Assembly: GCA_030264375.1 (NCBI GenBank)
Contig: JASCQW010000109.1
Span: 11,273,764 to 11,337,763 of the forward strand
Length of the DNA: 64,000 nt
Source of the DNA: Carcharhinus longimanus
Taxonomy: Eukaryota
Direction: 5' to 3'
Positions 1 to 11,593 of this stretch are shown piece by piece. The translations under genes were made by a program, and so were the position numbers. Under the pieces are notes generated by a model that saw only the letters and a list, made by a program, of their open reading frames with translations, did no database searches and was not told the origin of the DNA. The stretch's first letter is position 1; each line of letters begins with the position of its first letter.

Positions 1-420
1 TTGGAGGAGGTTGGTGGGGGGAAGGGTAGGGAGAAGGGTGGTGGGGGAGGGTGAGGTGAAGTGGGGGAGGTTGGTGGGTGAAGTGGGGGGAGGTTGGTGG
101 GGAAAGTGGGGTGGAGGTTGGAAGGAGGGTGTGGGGGGAGGTGGGGGTTAGGTTGGTGGGAGTTTTGGGGAGGTTGGTGGGGGATATGTGGGGGGAGGTT
201 GGTGGGCTGTGTGGGGGAGGGATGTGGGGAGGTTGGTGGGGGTGTGAGGAGGTTGGTGGAGGTATGTTAGGGGAGGGGAATGGGGTGGTTAGTGGGGGGT
301 TGTGAGGGGACATTGGTGTGGGGTGGGTTGGGAAGGGGAGGGTTGGGGGAACAGGTTAGTGGGAGGTCTTGGGGGGAGTTTGGTGGGGAGTGTTGGGGGC
401 ATATTGGTAGGGGGTGTTAT
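1..420. repeat. G-rich low-complexity tract (GGT/GGGA degenerate repeat)
   Basis: Almost only G with T/A spacers, e.g. gggggaggttggtgggg repeated with variation; many G3+ runs. Confidence 0.9.
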
Positions 421-1399
421 AGATCCTTACCATAAAATGATCATTAAAAATGTTAGGCAGAATATTCTGAAATTTAGTTACAAGGGCTAGTTGAAATGAC
501 CTGACCGGTTAAAGAAACGCCTTTTCTGGAAGTTTTGTTTCTCCCCGCCCCACCCCACTCCCACAGCCCCGCCCTTCTGGTTTTTTAGGAAAGCGTTTTC
601 AAATACTTACATCGCTATCGAATTTATTGACTGACACTTAATTGAAACGGCTTTTCTGAAGGAAATGACTGATACATATCAAGTGTTGGGGGTTGAGCCA
701 TAGATGGGGTAGAGTCGAGTTTGATACAGACACTGGATGGGCAGGAAATTTAGGACTTGCTAAAACAGCTTGGAATGAAAGATTCGGGTTCCCAGAGGAG
801 TGTAATTCTAGAGTTCAGTGACATTAGTAAATAGAGGAGGCGCTACCTTCACAGAGACGGAAGGATCAGGCGGAAGCTAGTTAAATAGCTAATCCAGGCG
901 GATCTATCAGATTCCACTCTGATATCTTGCCCCACAAGCTATCTCAATCATTAATCAATCATATTTTCCTTCCTTGTTCACGCTCTGTTCTGTAATGTCC
1001 GGACACCGCCGCTTGATGTCACTCTTGATACAGGAATGGAGGATATCTATCTCCAGCCTTGTCGATCGGAAATAAAATTACAGCTCAGCACTCGGTGCTG
1101 CAAACTTTGCGTCTCCACCCTCTTCCCAAAATACTATCTGTATTAACCCGTTCACTGCTTCATTCTTCAACAGCATGCCAAGCCAGCATTTTTCCTAATA
1201 TCTGTAACTGACGTGAGTGAGAAAGCTAGTGTGTGGGGAAGGAGGGAAGACAAGTGAGACTGAAGGAATATTTAATTAGCTCGGTGTAGGTGACCACACC
1301 ATTCGGTGTGGCTCAGTGTACCTGGATGTTCACCAACCTCCAGCCAGACGGCCACATATGTATATGCACAGCCCAGAAACTCTGCCAGTCTTATTTTGT

Positions 1400-1475
1400 T
1401 TTTATTTATTATTTACTAGTGCCACACGTAGGCTAACATTAACACGACAATGACGTTACTGTGAAAATCCCCAAT
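1400..1475 (-). mobile_element. Isolated SINE/LINE 3' tail fragment (tail B type)
   Basis: Reverse complement resembles ggggattttcacagtaacttcattgcagtgttaatgtaagcctacttgtgac...aataaa seen at about 61335-61400 and 62475-62545. Confidence 0.7.
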
Positions 1476-2574
1476 CGGCACGGATTCCAAGCACATAGGT
1501 GCCAGTATATCTTCCTCAGAGGGTTGTCATCTTCCTGTTTGGAAGGAACTTATAGCGGGTTGTGAAGTGCTTTGAGAAGCCGTTAATGGTGTTACGTACA
1601 TACTGGCCCCTTTACTTCACGTACATCAAGGGCAGTTTGGATGACCGCTTTGCTGGACGTCTCCATTTTCTCTACGGTGTGATCCTGACCTCCAGGTGTC
1701 TCATTTAACATTTCTCCTCTCAATCCCCATCCAGCCTTCTTGCCCCCTACCTCCTATACCGTTCCAAACAAGCACGTCATCATCAGCGTAAGGAGGTGTC
1801 ACTTACTGTGCCTCTTTGCCCCGTTCCTAATATCGACTGTAGCAATTTACGGCCTCAACCAGCTCCCTATTTTCTTAACCATTCCTCTCATTGAATTCCC
1901 AGTTCTTCCTTTTCTGTCTTGGACCCGTTTTCAATCTCTAAATTTATTAATGCCACTTTACCACCTGGCTTGAGATGACGCTATAATATCACCCATCGCT
2001 TTTCAATCCACTTACGGCCTTATAGATCATTAAACCCCAGAACTGCTTCTGATGATAGGAACCGGAATATTTGCTCCTTAACTATTCTGTGTTCTGTTCC
2101 CCATTCTTTCACGTTCTTTAGTCCCACTAAAGCAGTTAATTCCCCTGCCACTTCTCGGTCCCAACCAGCGATATGAATTCAAATATTATTTTAGCCCCAT
2201 AGCTGGGTTGTTTTATATTTCCAGTTTCTATTTTAAGTATTAGTGCATGTGCACTAAAGATATAAGAACTGTGCACATGCACTAATACTAGACTAATACT
2301 AAACACTAGAATACATAACTGTGCGAATGTATATGCACACATGCAAAATAATTTGTACCTCTGGAACTTCGAATGACAACAAATAATTAAAAGAGGTTTA
2401 AATTGTTTTATTTTTCTCACATTAATCTCCCTGTTTGTGTATGAGCTTTTTTTCTGGATACCCTTTTAAAGGGGAACTTGGGAAGGTGAATTTTACGCTG
2501 CCAGAGACCAGTTAAGCTGTTGTGTTCTAAAATCCGTGTTTGTACCTGACACAAATATCCTAGTCACAGGATTA

Positions 2575-3700
2575 CACAGCAAGATATGACGCAAAAAAGG
2601 CCATTTGGCCCAACCGTTTCAAACCCATGTTTATGCTTCTTCTCATTCTTTATTAAATTCTAGCAGAATAACCCTGTATTCTCTTGTAGCCTTGGACAGC
2701 TTCCCCTTACAAGCACCTATACGACTCGCCTTGTGAATGTTGTACATTCCCCGGATAAAGAACCTTCCTCTGAATTCCCAATTTGATTTCTTGGTGACTA
2801 TCCCATCATGTTGGCATCTGGTTTCACACTTTCCCACAGTGCAAGCACACTTGAACTATCTCCAAGAGAGAAAGAGACTAGCATGTCCGTCCTTTCTTGA
2901 CAGATGTCGCTTTATGTTACTAGCGTTATCAAATATAACCTCCCCCCTTCCTCTCCCACTATGCGCCACCATATCCCTATTATAGCGGGGTGATTAGAAG
3001 TGGACACAGCACTCCAATTATGATATTGCCAAGGTTCAATACAAATTAAGCATCACTTCTCTACTTTCAATTCTATCCCTCAAGAAATAACCCCCAGTCT
3101 TGGTTTGCTTTTATTGCCTTATTAACTTGTGATGATTTGTGTATTTGTACTCTCTTTGCTCCTCCACCTTGTTTAGATCCTTTATTTTCCAAGTAACATG
3201 CAACATATTTTCTTACTAAAATCTAATACCGGACACACCTTTATTAAAATGTATCTGCCAACTGTATATCCATTCGGAAATTGTCTTGTAATTTGCGGCA
3301 GGCTTTCTCAGTGCCGTGTGTTATNNNNNNNNNNNNNNNNNNNNNNNNNNNNNNNNNNNNNNNNNNNNNNNNNNNNNNNNNNNNNNNNNNNNNNNNNNNN
3401 NNNNNNNNNNNNNNNNNNNNNNNNNNNNNNNNNNNNNNNNNNNNNNNNNNNNNNNNNNNNNNCTCGCCAACTCACTGCTTGCTGTCCTCCGGCTAACCTT
3501 GCCCCCTTGAGTCCACACCTTATTCAGTCTGTCTATTTTGTGGTACATTTAATGAAAGTATTTTGGAAATCCAGATATATCACATCTTCTGCATTATTCT
3601 TGTCTACATTCTCTAACTCTTCAAAAAGATAACTGAGGTTGCTCAAGCACAATTCTCCTCTTAGAAATCCACATCGGCTGTTCGATATTATACATCTTTT
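2575..3700 (-). mobile_element. Highly decayed CR1-like LINE 3' region
   Basis: ggccatttggcccaacc..., ccttcctctgaattccc, gattagaagtggacacagcactccaa and ttttggaaatccagatatatcacatc resemble the antisense CR1 3' end and the copies at 35240, 43810 and 58745; no intact ORF. Confidence 0.55.
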
Positions 3701-6700
3701 TTTTGCTTTCTTTACCTCACACTCCTGTTTCAGTAAACCCTTCTGCTTTCTCTCATTTCTATTTCTTTTTTGTTGAACTTTTTTTTTAAAAAAAGCTCAT
3801 ACAATACACACGAAATTAATTTACGATGCATTCCATTAAGAGTTTGTAAACGCTGGATTTTTCACGATTGTTCCAAAGAAGACTTCACACAACGTGCGGA
3901 GGAATCGACACCGTCTCCGAAGCGATGTCATTTATATATTTCATTCTTTTCACATCGTTCCTTTTTCATGTGAATTTTTCACTCGATCGTTTATAAACTT
4001 AACCTTATTCCCGACCATTGCTGAGCGAACAGGAAGGCGGTAGCTCATGAACTTTGGAATTATATCAGCGTTTGGGTCAGCGAGCAAACTTCATGCTCTG
4101 CGCCGCTAGATGGTGCCCTTGTGTTCTGAATGCTCTCCAACCTGACACAATTTGCTCTCCCCCATTTCTAACTCCCCAGTCCACCTTTTGGTGGGCTTAT
4201 TTCGCTCTTTCTGTCTGAGTTTCAATTCTCTAATTCCCGGTTCCTTTTCTGCTCCTTTCTCCTTCTCCCCCGTTTCCGCCAAATCATCTTTAATCCCACC
4301 TCTGAATGCATTCCTCATCAAAACTCTCTCACTCCCGTTTCCCGATATCTTAAACCAGCCATTCTTAAAAAAAACAACAAAAATGTCATGTCTCGTAGAA
4401 AATATTATGCTTTCAATGCAAATAGATTTGCCATCAGAACTAGGCTGTGGTTGGACAAGTTTCTTATTGTTAAACAACATTGCCTCAGTTAGAGGATTTA
4501 ATAGAAGATGAAGGCAGTTTGACAAAAAGTTCAAATTTGCAATTTTGTATACCGCAAGAAACCACAGGGCATTCCCGCGTGCTTTCTACAATCGTAATAA
4601 CAGTAAGTCTCACGACCCCGCGCCCATCTACACTTCAATTTGAAACAAATCGAAGATTGAAAGGAAATCCGACTTTGGGAAGAGATAATTGAACAGCCCC
4701 AAGCCCCAAGGTCTCTGTCCTCCTGCCCTCACACACTGCCAGGCAAGCGCTGTTCGAGAAACTAATCCCTCCGTAACGATGTGAGGTGACACGGCGCGTC
4801 CGACACCAAGAACTGAAAGTGGGGAAAATAAGAGAAATAAGGACAAAAAAAACACTGGGAATAAGTGGGATGTACGGTCCTCCCAATCTTTCTGAATGAC
4901 TAGCATAGATATTGTAGTTATGACTGAAGGCTGTCGGTGGGTTGTAAGGCAATATTTTTTGCCAGTTAAGTTGGAATTCATCTCCAACCACCTACCTCCC
5001 CCCTCCATCCCCCCGACTTGTGGTGTCAAATCGAATGGAATTTAGACATTTATCATTAACTCCATTCCGAACTAAGCAACGATTTCTAAGCTTTTCATCT
5101 TTAATCGATCCACCAAAAGGCATATTTCCTTCGTAAAGATGCCCAGCCGCACAGCTCGACCTGCCCGTTGTGCAGACTGCAGCGCATCAGCGTATTGGTG
5201 ANNNNNNNNNNNNNNNNNNNNNNNNNNNNNNNNNNNNNNNNNNNNNNNNNNNNNNNNNNNNNNNNNNNNNNNNNNNNNNNNNNNNNNNNNNNNNNNNNNN
5301 NNNNNNNNNNNNNNNNNNNNNNNNNNNNNNNNNNNNNNNNNNNNCCCTCAATCTCTCCCCCCCCCCCCAACTCCTCACTCTCCATACCTACCTGAGGGTT
5401 TACAATTCATCCAAACGCCTGTAACTGTTACCTGGGAGGGATTTAATACCCGGCAAGGCTCGCTTTCGCCTAATCGATAGGTTGAAATCATTAACTTTTT
5501 CCAATGTTTTTCAACACCAACTGTCGTTTAAAGAATGGACGTAATTGGGACAATTTGTTAGTTTTAGAAGACAGTCACAAAAGGCAAATACTCGATTTAT
5601 TGCACTCACTCACGTGTGTGCTGGAGAGAAAAGCTAGTTAGTATATTTCAAACATTCAGAGTATCTGAAATAGAGACGATTTCTCCCACACTTCGCTCTA
5701 ACTGGAAATATCGGTAACACTTCGCAGTTTACAATCGATTGCAATAAGAAATCTTTAATAACTAAACTAAAACAAAAAAAGAACACAACCCACCCCGGAG
5801 TATATACGCCGTCTCTTCTCCCCCCACTGTCTATCCGTTGTTGTAAAGGGCACTTTCACACTTTTCTCTCTGTGCATTCAGTTACTAATACCTGTCCACC
5901 CTATTTATTAAAGAGGCGCCAGGTTCACTCCAGAGTATCCATGCATTTCCACTCATTTAATTTAGCACCATTCTGCTCCGCTATTTCAGGGTTCTCGCCG
6001 AAATATTGACTGAAAGTATGTTCGGGCTGCTTTTCTTTATTTTGTTCAACCTTTCTCATCCCAACGTGCCATCGATTAATCGAGAACAGCAACGCTGGTG
6101 CCCTGGACGAATATCACTGCTATCTGAAGGTTGTCCCCCCCAGCCCCAAGCCTCCCTCCCCTGCTTAAATTCAGAAAGCGTGGAAAACTGCCCACCTCCC
6201 TTGCTATAAGACGACCATACCAGCTCCCAGCAGTGAGCTGTAAGTGTTCCATTCCCTCCAACTCCAAACCTTTCCATCTAACCCGGTCCCCCCTCACCCT
6301 GCATTCGCTTAGCTTTTAAAGGTAAATACACTGTTAAATTGATGTTTTTCTTTCGCAGTTGGCATCTGTTCTCTGCACCTTCAAAACCCCCCGAGTCGAA
6401 GTGTTAATATTCGATACATCGGGATTCCTGGGGGCGGGGGGGGGGGGGGGCGGTGTTGGTGGTGGTGGTTGGGTCTCTGACCTGCTAGTTTTGCCCGCAG
6501 CTCCATTGAGCATCGCCAGTCTCCACTTGTGACAATAAAACATCTACTCGCCCTGAAATCAGGGTGCAAGCGATGGATAGAATTTTGCACACACACACAC
6601 ATTCTGAAAGAGGGGCATCCGCAACTTATATCCTTTCCGAAGTGATGTTATTTTGACATCTGTTCTGGCTGTAAAGCAGCGAGGATGGGGCTGTTAAACG

Positions 6701-7074
6701 CCGGGCTACAGAAACTCGACACCTGGGTTTGAAACTGCTAAGAGTTCTAATGAGTGGGAAAGCAGGAACGGTGTCAGGATTTTCGGGCTGTTAGTATCAA
6801 ACTCTGAATTGAGAAAAAGGAGAATGTGGCACCATGTTGAAGATTGCTACCTGTTGTATTTACAATGAACCTGAAATGTTATTAAATCTTAAATCATTAT
6901 CCAGTTATAAAGAGATATTTTACAAGTGAGATCTGTATTCACTGACACTGAAGAGCGCTATGATTTAGATTTAAAAACCGCGTTCTTAAGATAATAAGAT
7001 TCATATACATCATGTCATTTCTTGTTTTAAAAAAAGTCCACTACTTAAACGACAGTAAATTTATGGTACGGGTT

Positions 7075-7660
7075 TGAGTATCATTCGACATTGTAGCAAC
7101 TACATGTGTGCTTGCATGTATGAATGTGTATGTGTGCCGCGCGTGTGTTTGTATCTCTACTTGCATTCGTCTGTGTCCCTGTGTGTGTATATTTATATAT
7201 TTATAATTATGTGCATGTATATGTGTTCCTGTGTGTTTGTATCCCTGTGCACATTCGTCTCTGTCCCTATATGTGTGTGTGTATTTATAATTGTGTGCAT
7301 GTATATGTATCTCTGTGTATTGATATACGTGTGTATCTATGTGCATTTGTCTGTGTTCCTGTGTGTATATATGTATCTGTGTGTGCAGTTTCCTTTCCCT
7401 GTGTATGCTTATATGTATGTGTTCATTAGTCTGTGTCCTTATGTGTATATATTTGTATCTGTGTGTGAATATATGTGTCCCTATATATGTATCTCTGTGT
7501 GCATGTATCCATGTCCTTGTGTGTACATGCGCATGTATCTCCGTGTGCATTTATCCGTGTTCCTGTGTGTATATATAGATGTATGTGTGTGAGTTAGGCT
7601 GTGTCCCTAGATGTGTGTGTATATCTCCGTGTGCATTTGTCCATGTCCCTATGCGTGTAC
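7075..7660. repeat. Degenerate (TG/TA)n satellite-like tract
   Basis: Recurring tgtgcatgtatatgt / ctgtgtccctgtgtgtgtatat units; produces spurious CV/HT-rich ORFs. Confidence 0.9.
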
Positions 7661-8224
7661 AGTCACCACTATGACATAGGAGTCACCAGCCCCTCGAACC
7701 CCAACCCACCACCTCCCCCACCCCAACACACCCCCGCTGCTAAAGACCCCGAAATAAATGTTGTCTGATATCCGGTAGGTTTTACTACATTATATAAAAT
7801 AATTATATTGACTATCGGTCCCCCGAGAACTTTCCGAATGTAAAAAGTTAGATTGTTGATGATATGGAGGCTCAGTCAATTTCCTAAAACTGAAGGCACT
7901 TTGCAGATCTGGAGATGTAATTCCCAGATTAAGTTGCGGAACTGTTTGGAGAGGGAGGTCTCGCATTCTGTGATGTCTTACAGTCAAACGGACCCAAGTA
8001 ACCTCGTGGGAATTGTTCTCTAGAAATTATCCAGGCAGGGGACAGCTATAGAATATGTTTCTCAGCAAGAAAAAATGTCAATATTTCATCATGATTTTTT
8101 TTCCATTTAAAAACTCCAGTGGGGTAGACAGTATTTTTAAAGCAGGGAATTATTTGTACCTTTGCCGTTTTTGTTATGTCAGATATAAAAACAAGAACAA
8201 AACATGTTTTACTCCATTGTCAGG

Positions 8225-8432
8225 ACTTCTTGTCAATCATGCACACACCGCGCAGCCATTGGCTTAAGGGGGAGGCGGGCTTTACCATATTTGGTAGCCA
8301 TCGTTCAACCTATTCCACCCCCGCCCCGTCTCTAGCTGCGACCCATTTGTGTGGGAGGGGGGAGGGAGAATGGTTTTGTTACCCCCCTCCCCACCCCCCT
8401 CCCCCCCCCCCGGGATGAAGTAGGGGTTGGTG
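8225..8432 (+). promoter_or_regulatory. Candidate proximal promoter region of the EBF gene
   Basis: TGTCAATCA 8231-8239, reverse CCAAT (ATTGG) 8258-8262, GC box GGAGGCGGGC 8271-8280, CArG box CCATATTTGG 8285-8294, CCCCGCCCC 8319-8327; about 1 kb upstream of the ATG. The TSS may lie in the N gap 8433-9179. Confidence 0.55.
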
Positions 8433-9179
8433 NNNNNNNNNNNNNNNNNNNNNNNNNNNNNNNNNNNNNNNNNNNNNNNNNNNNNNNNNNNNNNNNNNNN
8501 NNNNNNNNNNNNNNNNNNNNNNNNNNNNNNNNNNNNNNNNNNNNNNNNNNNNNNNNNNNNNNNNNNNNNNNNNNNNNNNNNNNNNNNNNNNNNNNNNNNN
8601 NNNNNNNNNNNNNNNNNNNNNNNNNNNNNNNNNNNNNNNNNNNNNNNNNNNNNNNNNNNNNNNNNNNNNNNNNNNNNNNNNNNNNNNNNNNNNNNNNNNN
8701 NNNNNNNNNNNNNNNNNNNNNNNNNNNNNNNNNNNNNNNNNNNNNNNNNNNNNNNNNNNNNNNNNNNNNNNNNNNNNNNNNNNNNNNNNNNNNNNNNNNN
8801 NNNNNNNNNNNNNNNNNNNNNNNNNNNNNNNNNNNNNNNNNNNNNNNNNNNNNNNNNNNNNNNNNNNNNNNNNNNNNNNNNNNNNNNNNNNNNNNNNNNN
8901 NNNNNNNNNNNNNNNNNNNNNNNNNNNNNNNNNNNNNNNNNNNNNNNNNNNNNNNNNNNNNNNNNNNNNNNNNNNNNNNNNNNNNNNNNNNNNNNNNNNN
9001 NNNNNNNNNNNNNNNNNNNNNNNNNNNNNNNNNNNNNNNNNNNNNNNNNNNNNNNNNNNNNNNNNNNNNNNNNNNNNNNNNNNNNNNNNNNNNNNNNNNN
9101 NNNNNNNNNNNNNNNNNNNNNNNNNNNNNNNNNNNNNNNNNNNNNNNNNNNNNNNNNNNNNNNNNNNNNNNNNNNNNNN

Positions 9180-9320
9180 AGACAGAGAGAGACAGACAGA
9201 CACACAGAGAGCGACAGAGAGAGACTGACAGACACACAGAGAGAGAGAGAGAGAGACTCACAGAGACACACACAGAGAGAGACAGACAGACACACTGAGA
9301 GAGAGAGAGAGAGAGACAGA
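9180..9320 (+). repeat. Compound (GA)/(CA)/(GACA) microsatellite, probably in the 5' UTR
   Basis: gacagagagagacagacagacacacagaga... ending 21 nt before the ATG. Confidence 0.9.
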
Positions 9321-9341
9321 GGGGGAAAAAAGCTTGTTTCC

Positions 9342-9475
9342 ATGTTTGGGATTCAGGAGAATATACAGCGCAGCGCGGGCAGCATGAAAGAAGAGCCGCT
9401 GGGAAGCGGGATCAACGCTGTCCGGTCCTGGATGCAGGGAGCCGGGATCATGGATGCAAATACGGCCGCTCAGAG
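9342..9475 (+). CDS. EBF1: EBF/COE transcription factor, coding exon 1 (134 nt)
   Basis: Encodes [44 protein letters not shown](S), the recognisable EBF1/EBF3 N-terminus; donor AG|gtagga at 9476. Family certain, paralog call about 0.75. Confidence 0.95.
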
Positions 9476-9925
9476 GTAGGAAATGAATGTATCTGAATTT
9501 TTCTTCACACATGCAGGCGTTCTGTGTGGATATGTTAACAATACACGGTGGCGAAAGTCGGTTTGGAACTCTAACCAAAGGCTATATATATATTATATAT
9601 ATTTAAATTTCAACATATTTTAAACATTCCGTTTCATGTTTTCCCCTTCTAATCATTTCCCGTCTGGGCTCTTTTAAAAATTTTGCTGCAGATGAGGGTG
9701 AAATGACACAATTTGACATACTCAATATAGATGATGATTTGTTTGATTTCATTTTCCTCCGTTCCCCGTTATACCGCCTGCTTTAAAGTCTACAATGTGG
9801 CGCTAACTTTATTTTAAACCGCCAAACTTAGAATAATACATTTTACAGTGAGAGACTCCCAGACTTTACTCCAAACATCCCAGAAGTTTCCCGGGTCGCT
9901 AAAAAAAACATCTCCTCACAGTTGA

Positions 9926-10441
<516 letters not shown>

Positions 10442-10828
10442 TGACCGGCTGCATATCAGAGCAACACTGATTTGTACAAAACAGACAACTTTTAATGTTT
10501 GGGAATATTTTCTGATATTGAAAGAAGGTTTCTATATGTAGCTTTATACACAGACATGCAAAATAAGCGGTGCTTAACTTTAACAAGCGATATAGATTAA
10601 CATGGGGGAGGGGAGAGACATTGTAAACATTTTTGCCAAAAATTTCAGATTTGAAATAGAGTAAAATCTCCCAAGTTCTGAGCGAGTGGCCTCACTGATC
10701 TGGAGACCGGAACCTCGCATGTCTGAAACCCGACATCTTAAAAAAAATGGATCTTAATTGCTCTTTCACTTTAGTTGTCAAGCTTTTTTGTTAACATGCC
10801 CATCCTTTTTGTTAAAAAATTATTTCAG

Positions 10829-10892
10829 GAAATAGGTGGTGAAAAGACCAATAACGGGATTCATTACAGATTACAGCTGCTCTACAGTAATG
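10829..10892 (+). CDS. EBF1: EBF/COE coding exon 3 (64 nt)
   Basis: Acceptor tttcag|G; encodes EIGGEKTNNGIHYRLQLLYSN(G); donor |gtaagt; phase-consistent. Confidence 0.97.
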
Positions 10893-11537
10893 GTAAGTGG
10901 CCTGTTATCGCCTTTGACAATTGCTGCAAACTCTTGGGGCTAGCTCTCCGGCACCGTTTGGGGAGTGCGGTTGGGGCGGTGGGCAACGGGAGGTCCTACC
11001 CTGGCTACTGGGATTATTTCCCTGGGATTTCTTCTCACTGCATCACCCGCGTGTGTGGAAAGTGTAATTTATTTGGGAACTCTACGCTGTTTTTAAACAG
11101 CTCACACGTTGTCCCGGCCAAACTGTGTCACATTTCACTGGCGCCCATCCGACACTGTCTCCAGTGCTGTCCCGCACATCTGTCGCTGGGCGAGATTTTG
11201 ATCCGAGCATTTCTGCAGAAGCCGGAGTCGGAATGGTTCCATTTGCGTTGTCCCCTAAACCCAGTTTCTGCATCAGTAAAAGTGTGCATTGATGATCCAA
11301 CATTCCAACATTATATAGCACTTATCCCTCTACATCCATCGCCCGCCGAGCACGCTATCCAAACCCAATACATTATTTTGCGTTCTTCATACAGACTGTG
11401 TTCTCAATCTGAATGCGGGAAGGAGTAGAGGGCTGGGTGAGAATATAAATTGCTGCTTCCCATATTTCTAAAATAGCAGCGACGAGGCCTTTTGAGTGAA
11501 TCTGACATTTCTTCATTCAATATGTTGTCACATTCAG

Positions 11538-11593
11538 GGATAAGGACAGAGCAAGATCTCTATGTTCGGCTGATCGACTCAATGACCAAACAG
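11538..11593 (+). CDS. EBF1: EBF/COE coding exon 4 (56 nt)
   Basis: Acceptor attcag|GG; encodes IRTEQDLYVRLIDSMTKQ; donor |gtaagg; too short for the ORF track. Confidence 0.97.

Noticed and set aside
7041-7592. His/Thr- and Cys/Val-rich ORFs (also 53160-53587, 55799-56374, 78-490)
   Set aside because: Translations of simple repeats
8282-9479. Long ORFs spanning N runs (also near 3.2, 5.1, 14.2, 36.2, 38.8, 42.9, 55.3 and 59.5 kb)
   Set aside because: Their length comes from untranslatable Ns; only the EBF exon 1 portion is real
10775-11428. 217-aa ORF containing EKTNNGIHYRLQLLYSNG
   Set aside because: Only 10829-10892 is exonic; the rest is intron read-through past a consensus GTAAGT donor
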